Below the pieces are notes generated by a model. The model was not told where the DNA came from. It made no database searches and saw only the letters and a program-made list of their open reading frames with translations. From the IMG/VR virus record IMGVR_UViG_3300020048_000138, positions 103-64,102 of that record: a DNA stretch of 64,000 bases. One strand, given 5' to 3'. This stretch comes from a virus (Duplodnaviria > Caudoviricetes). Position numbers and translations under genes: made by a program. This document shows positions 57,725 through 64,000 of this stretch, in pieces (position 1 is the first letter of the stretch; each line of letters starts with the position of its first letter).

Positions 57725-58177
57725 ATGGAGGCTACTATGTCAAAAAAGAACACAAAAAACCAAGTGAACACAGTTGTTGAGTCTACCCCTGAAATGGTTC
57801 TTGAATCAACAGAGGTTGTAGAAGTGTCTGTAAGGGACCTTGTGAAAAAGGAAGCAGAGACAGTAAGCATTAACCTGGAGGCAGGAAAGTACAAGATTTC
57901 TGACAAATCGGTGATTTACAAAAGAGGCAAGGCTTGGACGATTGACACCACCATAGACGAAAAGAATGTGGTTGGTTCAGTACTCAAAGATGACCTTAAA
58001 GGAATAGCAAGGACCTACTGGGTGGGTGGTGAAAAAGCCTACCAGAACAAAGGTTTGGTCTATCTCAGTCAGATTATTAAGGCCCTTCTTAATGTAGAGG
58101 TTGATTTGAACCATGAAAGGCAGATAGCAAGAGAGTTCATAAGGTTACATGAAAGTGAATTGACATTTAATCAGTAG
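57725..58177 (+). CDS. Hypothetical early protein, paralog of 55744..56046
   Basis: DLKGIA...QNKGLVYLSQ...EVDLNHER. Confidence 0.8.
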   Translation: MEATMSKKNTKNQVNTVVESTPEMVLESTEVVEVSVRDLVKKEAETVSINLEAGKYKISDKSVIYKRGKAWTIDTTIDEKNVVGSVLKDDLKGIARTYWVGGEKAYQNKGLVYLSQIIKALLNVEVDLNHERQIAREFIRLHESELTFNQ

Positions 58178-58185
58178 AGTGTTAT

Positions 58186-58207
58186 GCCTCATTAGTGATA
58201 ATGGGGC
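58186..58207 (+). terminator. Hairpin (terminator or processing site)
   Basis: GCCTCATTA-GTGA-TAATGGGGC. Confidence 0.5.
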
Positions 58208-58219
58208 TCATAGACTTTA

Positions 58220-58690
58220 TTGGCTATTAAGGAGGCTATTATGATTACTAAGTTTGGTTCTCAAATTCGCAAGGCTATGAATTGCGAGCAGTGCTATGAG
58301 TGGAATGGTGGGTGCATCAGCCTAGACGAAGCCTGCAACAAGAATGGGTCGTCTACAACCCTGTTAACCGAGGCATTAAGACTGGCAACAGCTAATGGCT
58401 ACGGTGTGATACTTGGAGGAAAGAATCTGATAGCAAGACACCGGGTGGATGGAGACTTGAACTTCCAGTATGTTACCAGTGCCATCTATTGGTTCACTCT
58501 TTACAACCACTTTAAAGAGGTTGAAGGAGTCGAGAAGTTGGAGAAAGGAGGCAAGAACTGGCAACTGTGTTGGAAATGCACAGACATACTGGATGGATAC
58601 TTTGAAGGTGACCAACAGACAATAATTCCTTGCTCTTTACCTGAACTTGATGACGAACTCATCAACAAGGCTATGGTGATATTTAAGTGA
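58220..58690 (+). CDS. Hypothetical protein
   Basis: Probable start MITKF after AAGGAGG; CxxC motifs. Confidence 0.7.
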   Translation: MAIKEAIMITKFGSQIRKAMNCEQCYEWNGGCISLDEACNKNGSSTTLLTEALRLATANGYGVILGGKNLIARHRVDGDLNFQYVTSAIYWFTLYNHFKEVEGVEKLEKGGKNWQLCWKCTDILDGYFEGDQQTIIPCSLPELDDELINKAMVIFK

Positions 58691-58698
58691 CTTGCACC

Positions 58699-58723
58699 GT
58701 GTTAACTCTGTTTGAGTTAACAC
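58699..58723 (+). terminator. Hairpin
   Basis: GTGTTAACTC-TGTTT-GAGTTAACAC. Confidence 0.5.
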
Positions 58724-58765
58724 CATGGAGGTTGCATAAGGTAACCACTTTATTAATTTTGTTAC

Positions 58766-59161
58766 ATGGAGACTACTATGGGAAGACAATCAAAAGACCT
58801 TTTTACATCAAAGAACCTGCTTGTTGAAGTGTTTAAAGGAGCAGGAGCCAAGACAAGGGAGTTGTGTAGAGATGCTTCAAAACCCGCTTTGAATGCCACT
58901 CTTTCGCTGGCATTACTTAAAGGCGATAAAGATGCAGTTAAAGCCCTTATTAACAAAGGGGCAGAGATTGACGAGCAGGCAACATTTCTTGCTTGTGCCT
59001 CTGGCAACCTTGGTATAGTTGAGATGTTTGATGACCGTTATGCGGAGTTCACAGAAGACGATGTGAAAGTGGCTAAACTTAATGGTTATATGGACATTGC
59101 AGACTTTGTACAGGAGAGACTGGACGCTGAAGAAAGAAGAGCGAAGGACCTTATTAAGTAA
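58766..59161 (+). CDS. Ankyrin-repeat-like protein
   Basis: ALLKGDKDAVKALINKGAEID, ACASGNLGIVEMF, AKLNGYMDIADFV. Confidence 0.7.
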   Translation: METTMGRQSKDLFTSKNLLVEVFKGAGAKTRELCRDASKPALNATLSLALLKGDKDAVKALINKGAEIDEQATFLACASGNLGIVEMFDDRYAEFTEDDVKVAKLNGYMDIADFVQERLDAEERRAKDLIK

Positions 59162-59166
59162 GCTGA

Positions 59167-59197
59167 TTCAATGGCGGGTATTACAACCGCCATTGAA
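59167..59197 (+). terminator. Hairpin overlapping the genome-wide octamer
   Basis: TTCAATGGCGG-9nt-CCGCCATTGAA. Confidence 0.55.
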
Positions 59198-59209
59198 ATG
59201 AACTGACTT

Positions 59210-59581
59210 ATGGAGGTAAACATGGAAGAAAGTTATGCGATGATTAAAGAATTTAGTACATCAAAACTGAGTATGATTGACAGTTACAGACTTAAGGATC
59301 GTATCAAAGACGCTTCTATGAAAATAGCTGTGGCTAAGCGTATCTTAGTTACAGAAGAGCCTATGTGGATAAAGATTGTATGGGTTGACAACAGTGTTTG
59401 GAAAGCCCCTATATTATTTACAAACTGGGCTTTGGTTTACTTGTATATGCTTAATATTGACGCTATGGAAGCCGAAAGCAAGAAACAAAGTGTAGACGCT
59501 ACCAAAATATGGACTCTATACTACACTTTCGTGTATCCTGGTTTTTTAATGTCCTTTGAAAACTTTATAAAAAGAGGTTAA
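59210..59581 (+). CDS. Hypothetical protein
   Basis: GGAGG SD before MEESY. Confidence 0.65.
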   Translation: MEVNMEESYAMIKEFSTSKLSMIDSYRLKDRIKDASMKIAVAKRILVTEEPMWIKIVWVDNSVWKAPILFTNWALVYLYMLNIDAMEAESKKQSVDATKIWTLYYTFVYPGFLMSFENFIKRG

Positions 59582-59683
59582 CCATGGGTAAAAAAGTAGT
59601 AATCGTTACAGTGGTCTACGTAGTAGACACAATGGGTGAAGCACAGAATGTACTCGATGAGGTTGTAGGCGTATGCGGGCCTT

Positions 59684-59878
59684 ATGAAAAGGCTAACCTA
59701 CAAGAATCGTATGTTTACTAAAATCAAGAACCTGGTATTACTTTATTTAATGCTACTGTTTATGTGGCATGTAGTACCACTTTTACCGGGTGGTTTGTTG
59801 GTTAGGGCTTTATTTATTTGGCTTACGGTTACTGCTTTAGTTAGTTTTACTAAGTTAATATTAAACAGGAGAAGTTAA
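59684..59878 (+). CDS. Small two-helix membrane protein
   Basis: Two hydrophobic segments. Confidence 0.55.
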   Translation: MKRLTYKNRMFTKIKNLVLLYLMLLFMWHVVPLLPGGLLVRALFIWLTVTALVSFTKLILNRRS

Positions 59879-60169
59879 ATGGTCACTTTAGAGATTAAAA
59901 GGCTTGCGGCTATTGCTGCAACCAAAATGAATTTAGACCTGTCAACAATAGAAGAGTTAATAAGTGAAGACTTAAACGTGTTCATACACTGTGAAGGTAA
60001 ACTTTTACAGGACTATTCTATTGACTTGTTTATACAAAATACCCCACATTGTTCTACATGTGGATCCTACAAAGTAGAGATACATAACATGACTATGTCA
60101 GAAGAATTTGACTCTGGCACAGAAGTTATGGTATGTGAATGTGGTAAGTCATCAAGTTTTGGAGGTTAA
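59879..60169 (+). CDS. Hypothetical zinc-ribbon protein
   Basis: CSTC...CEC; AGGAG SD. Confidence 0.6.
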   Translation: MVTLEIKRLAAIAATKMNLDLSTIEELISEDLNVFIHCEGKLLQDYSIDLFIQNTPHCSTCGSYKVEIHNMTMSEEFDSGTEVMVCECGKSSSFGG

Positions 60170-60584
60170 CATGAACAAACGAGAAGCGATTGAATGTATG
60201 GTGTCTTTAGCAAAAGACACAGAAACAGAACTGGATTGTATAGGCGCTTTGTGCTTAGCTTGTGAAGACAACACAGAATGCCCGTGTCATTTAGTACCAG
60301 AAGAGTGTGTAAACTATGTCAGTGATATTACTGACATATTTGAACTACTTAATGAAACTATTAAAGTTGTTGCTGATAAAATACAACTGGAATCATTGTA
60401 TGTTGTATGGTCACGATTGGATACAGAATCAGCCGAGTGGGTAAAGCACTCAGTACAGTATACAATATCTGACGCTTGGGCTGACGGTAAAATATTAGTT
60501 GACTATTCCCCTAGTGAAGTAAGTTCCATATCATACCTTATAAATGACTTGGTGGATTGGTACCATGAAGAACGTAGTAAGTAG
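60108..60584 (+). CDS. Hypothetical protein
   Basis: Probable start MNKRE at 60171 after GGAGG. Confidence 0.65.
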   Translation: MTLAQKLWYVNVVSHQVLEVNMNKREAIECMVSLAKDTETELDCIGALCLACEDNTECPCHLVPEECVNYVSDITDIFELLNETIKVVADKIQLESLYVVWSRLDTESAEWVKHSVQYTISDAWADGKILVDYSPSEVSSISYLINDLVDWYHEERSK

Positions 60585-60589
60585 CCTCC

Positions 60590-60620
60590 AGGGGACTCTT
60601 TTTGAGTCCCCTATTTTTTT
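60590..60620 (+). terminator. Intrinsic terminator
   Basis: AGGGGACTC-T6-GAGTCCCCT followed by a T-tract. Confidence 0.75.
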
Positions 60621-60732
60621 AAGTTGGCACTATGGTTACAATAAAGCGGTTGTAAAATCCATTCAACTTATAGAAGCATACCAACAGTCTGAACCAACTA
60701 TGCTTATAATGCAAATACTTAACATGAGGTAC

Positions 60733-60957
60733 ATGACAGAAGACAATTACCATGTAAAAGTACCTCGTTGTATATGTAAGTGGGATTCACAACGCAGTAA
60801 GTATGTGGAATATTACAACCCTCGATGTATATTAAACAATGCTCAGTATGGTGGAGCTTATTACGGATTTACAATAGTTCTTAAAGTACTAGCAAATCAC
60901 GGGTATTATGCTTCCGTACTAAAAGATGGAGAAGTTCAACCAGTTATTTATAGGTGA
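60733..60957 (+). CDS. Hypothetical protein
   Basis: Track ORF 60544..60957; start moved to ATG 60733 (GAGG SD), past the terminator. Confidence 0.5.
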   Translation: MTEDNYHVKVPRCICKWDSQRSKYVEYYNPRCILNNAQYGGAYYGFTIVLKVLANHGYYASVLKDGEVQPVIYR

Positions 60958-61172
60958 CAATCATGCAACAATTCGTACAATTTACACAAAAAGATGGTAC
61001 AATTATATCTGGTAAATCTAATGCTAAAATATACTTTAAGCAAAACAAGAACTTATTTCTTGTTTGGATTAACCACATTATGTACATACTGTCAGCGTCA
61101 GAGAAAGAAACATTTCACTGTATACGTCAACCAAAATCAAGTCCAACTCCGGACAAACAATCATTAAAGTAA
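60954..61172 (+). CDS. Hypothetical protein
   Basis: Last plus-strand ORF before the convergence region. Confidence 0.5.
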   Translation: MTIMQQFVQFTQKDGTIISGKSNAKIYFKQNKNLFLVWINHIMYILSASEKETFHCIRQPKSSPTPDKQSLK

Positions 61173-61391
61173 GTTCTCCACAGTTTCCATTAAATTCTCT
61201 CCGGATATAGATATTCATTATCACCAAGTTTTTCAATATATCTAAACTGTGTGATACTGTTATTTATACCATGATTTAATTATTCAATGATTTCAAGGGG
61301 TTATGGGAAGTTCTCCACAGTTTATCTCCATTTCAATCCATATTGAGATATTCGTGAGAATGACTTCGTTCACTGTGGATGAACTGTGGAA
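61171..61391. repeat. CCACAGT motif cluster (DnaA-box-like) at the strand convergence point
   Basis: AAGTTCTCCACAGTTT at 61171 and 61308; reverse ACTGTGGA copies at 61372 and 61383. Confidence 0.65.
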
Positions 61392-61458
61392 TCCATTTTT
61401 TAACCCTAAAATGATTATTTTCTATAAAATGGGATATTTTAGACAGATTTATTGAAAG

Positions 61459-61704
61459 TTATTTGATAGTTGCGACTACTTTGCCTTTAAATAAAATATC
61501 CATAGTTGACGGATTCAGCATGTACTCTTCTGTACCATCCTTGAATATCATCCACTTTGTTATAGGTCCTGCTTTTTTCATAAAGTCATATATTTCCTGG
61601 ATACAACCGACAGGTCTTTTTGTGCCTTCCATTACAAATTCTCTTTGTAACAATGGCGTTGTGTTTTTACCGTAAGGTACTCTTATGAATACATGCGCTT
61701 CCAT
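61459..61704 (-). CDS. Hypothetical protein
   Basis: ORF in the minus-strand operon. Confidence 0.6.
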   Translation of the reverse strand: MEAHVFIRVPYGKNTTPLLQREFVMEGTKRPVGCIQEIYDFMKKAGPITKWMIFKDGTEEYMLNPSTMDILFKGKVVATIK

Positions 61705-62186
61705 TAGATACCTTCTTTATTAAGTTCGTTTATTACATAATTAACGCCTTTGTTCCATGCTTTCAACAAAAGGTTTTTAACGTATGTACTATCCATTTGA
61801 CCTATATTGTTTCCGTAAGAGTCTGTGCCTATAGCTTTATACAATTGGTTATAATTGGTAAACATAATCTTACATGCTAAATCTGTCTGCCATCCAATGT
61901 CATCTTTTACGTCGCCCCACGTTTTTTGTCTTATCTGGAAAATGCCTTTCTCTGAGTCTTTACCAATTGCGCTTGGGTTTAAAGTAGATTCTTTCTTGGC
62001 CACTTCCCACAACACGTCAACAAAAGAAACTTTGTTAATAACACACGCGTTAATTTCTGTTACCAATTCTTTGTACTGTGTTTCTGTTAAGTTTGGGTTG
62101 ATTTTCTGCGCTTTCTTCAAAGACATAGCGTCGGCCATCAAAGCGGTTGTAAACACGACAATAAATAATAATACAATAAACTTCAT
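61704..62186 (-). CDS. Exported lytic transglycosylase (SLT)-like protein
   Basis: Signal peptide; AKKESTLNPSAIG...GIFQI. Confidence 0.7.
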   Translation of the reverse strand: MKFIVLLFIVVFTTALMADAMSLKKAQKINPNLTETQYKELVTEINACVINKVSFVDVLWEVAKKESTLNPSAIGKDSEKGIFQIRQKTWGDVKDDIGWQTDLACKIMFTNYNQLYKAIGTDSYGNNIGQMDSTYVKNLLLKAWNKGVNYVINELNKEGI

Positions 62187-62195
62187 CTTGTCCTC

Positions 62196-62384
62196 CTAAA
62201 TAATTGTTACGCCATTTGAACTAAGTACTACTTCCTTTAGACTGCCTCTGTCATCTGTCCTTAGAATAACCTGCTCATTTTCCAGGAGCATTTCTATACA
62301 TTGAATTAAGGCATCAGTCACCAGACACGGGGTAGTATTTTCGATGTACGATGTTAACTGTTGTTTTTGTTGTTCAGTTAGCAT
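62196..62384 (-). CDS. Hypothetical protein
   Basis: AAGGAG SD. Confidence 0.6.
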   Translation of the reverse strand: MLTEQQKQQLTSYIENTTPCLVTDALIQCIEMLLENEQVILRTDDRGSLKEVVLSSNGVTII

Positions 62385-62501
62385 TAGTTCTCCTTTTGTT
62401 GTTCTTTGATTTGTAATACTAAGCCTGGGCCATCCAGTATTAAATCAAAGTCAGTTTTAATTTCGTACTTCTCTTTAAGTACTTCTTTTAACTCGTCAAA
62501 G

Positions 62502-62795
62502 TCAATTCTTTTTAACAACATTTTTCTTACCTTTTGTCTTTTTGTCCATGCGAGGATTCCAGTACTTGATTGTATAATCAGTACGTTTCCAACCGTTTAA
62601 TTGTTCAATGTGCTCTTGCACATCGGTTAACTGTATTTTGCCTTCAATAAACACCTCCATAAATTGTTTATAATCTACTAAGTCATAGTGAGCTTGATTG
62701 CCGAACATTTCCAACCGCACGAAGTTCCTTACTTGTTCACACCATACTGTCATTCTGGAAGTAGGACACGTCAGATTACAAAATACTATTTTCAT
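62502..62795 (-). CDS. Hypothetical protein
   Basis: GAGGAG SD. Confidence 0.6.
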   Translation of the reverse strand: MKIVFCNLTCPTSRMTVWCEQVRNFVRLEMFGNQAHYDLVDYKQFMEVFIEGKIQLTDVQEHIEQLNGWKRTDYTIKYWNPRMDKKTKGKKNVVKKN

Positions 62796-62807
62796 TTCGT
62801 TAACTCC

Positions 62808-63011
62808 TCACTTTAACTGTGTATTATTGTTGCCGTATACTATTGCATACATAGGCAACATGGCTAAAAAAGTGATAAAGTTGGCAACAAACCATAATAA
62901 TATGTCACCTATTACATAATTAGTTAATGGACCACTAATTAAATTAATAAGTACAATTAGACAACTAGTAAGTATTGCTACAATTAGTGTACCGATACAT
63001 AATTGCCTCAT
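62808..63011 (-). CDS. Small two-helix membrane protein
   Basis: Two hydrophobic segments. Confidence 0.55.
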   Translation of the reverse strand: MRQLCIGTLIVAILTSCLIVLINLISGPLTNYVIGDILLWFVANFITFLAMLPMYAIVYGNNNTQLK

Positions 63012-63316
63012 TTCACAACCTGCGCATGGAAATCTTTAACGGCTTCGTCTGTGCTTAAACTTATAAGGTCCAAGTTTATGTACCTGTCTCCACCTTCTGC
63101 TTTTATAAAGTAACAAACCTGTATGGTATGTTCACCGGAAGCCCTTGTCTTTGTAATACGAATTGATGTCCAATGCTTAAAGTTCTGTATTTCTATACCT
63201 TTGTCAACTATATAAAACTCTTTGTCTGCACCGATTAAATCAAGTGCTTGTTCTTTAGTTATCATCTGTTGCCCCCAGTTTACCGTAGACTTGCATAACC
63301 GACTCGGGTGACGCAC
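63008..63316 (-). CDS. Hypothetical protein
   Basis: Probable start MITKEQ. Confidence 0.55.
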   Translation of the reverse strand: MRHPSRLCKSTVNWGQQMITKEQALDLIGADKEFYIVDKGIEIQNFKHWTSIRITKTRASGEHTIQVCYFIKAEGGDRYINLDLISLSTDEAVKDFHAQVVK

Positions 63317-63926
63317 TACTACTGTAGTTAATTATACTTTTAAAGTTTCTGTGAGTTTCTTCCATATAAGCCTGCAGCATACCATTAACATAGTCCTCTA
63401 TCTTTTCAGCAAGTTTAGGTGGTACAATTTTACGTATATTTACGTTGTTTACATTAATGCTTAAAGTATATGCACTTAATGTGTTTACTACTTTAACGTG
63501 GTGGTCCAGAAGCTTTTGTAAGTTGTCTGCATTTTCTTTTTGTACTTTTATAAGCATTTCCATTTCCAGTTGCTTCTCTGTTTTTAATGCCTCTTTAGGT
63601 TCTTCCTTACTATCAAGTACTAAATTATATTCTACCGTAATGGCATGAATACAAGGACCTTGTATCATTTGGTCATGCTTTTTATTTAGAAAGTATTTTG
63701 CGGCATTTAAAGCTAACTGAGGTGTACATGTTGCTTTTTCATAACCCTCTGCAAAACAATCTTCACAGCGTAAATTAGTTCTTTTTGTACAGATTCCTTT
63801 TGTATTAATAATGTTTAATGCCGCTTTTATTTTAACAATGTCATCAGGCATAAAGTACTTGTCAAATACTTCTTGTTCCATAGTGGACAAGACTTGGTAA
63901 GCAGGAGACTGTGTAAAATATTCCAT
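63255..63926 (-). CDS. Hypothetical protein
   Basis: GGAG SD; Cys motif and coiled coil. Confidence 0.65.
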   Translation of the reverse strand: MEYFTQSPAYQVLSTMEQEVFDKYFMPDDIVKIKAALNIINTKGICTKRTNLRCEDCFAEGYEKATCTPQLALNAAKYFLNKKHDQMIQGPCIHAITVEYNLVLDSKEEPKEALKTEKQLEMEMLIKVQKENADNLQKLLDHHVKVVNTLSAYTLSINVNNVNIRKIVPPKLAEKIEDYVNGMLQAYMEETHRNFKSIINYSSSASPESVMQVYGKLGATDDN

Positions 63927-64000
63927 TTGTTACTCCATAGGCTTAAGGTTAGCATTATGTATATTGTTGTACGTCTCAAGCGTACAGTATACAACCTGAT

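Noticed and set aside
1-64000. Alternative genetic code
   Set aside because: Conserved genes are full length and densely packed under the standard code.

Overview
A 64-kb slice of an AT-rich (~35% GC) lytic-looking dsDNA bacteriophage with a contractile tail (myovirus). Spanin-like genes plus an amidase endolysin point to a diderm bacterial host. Positions 1-25.7 kb (minus strand) encode replication, recombination and nucleotide metabolism: PolA, a primase fused to an MCM-like helicase, an SF2 helicase, ATP ligase, SbcD plus a split SbcC, a RecU-like nuclease, ThyX and dCMP deaminase. The same block holds a DNA-modification cluster: a T4 gp42-type dCMP hydroxymethylase, a NodU/CmcH carbamoyltransferase, two dNMP kinases and a dUTPase-like enzyme. 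Positions 26.2-52.9 kb (minus strand) are the lysis, tail, head and packaging module. Positions 53-56.7 kb are a control region that switches from phased repeats to an ultra-AT island and then to a GC-rich, hairpin-dense segment. Positions 56.7-61.2 kb are small plus-strand early-type genes, converging on minus-strand small genes at 61.5-64 kb. The most striking unexplained signal is an octamer, GGTTGTAR, found about once per kb on both strands. All counts are by eye and all family calls are by motif recognition; no database search was run. No integrase, CRISPR array, tRNA or reverse transcriptase was seen.
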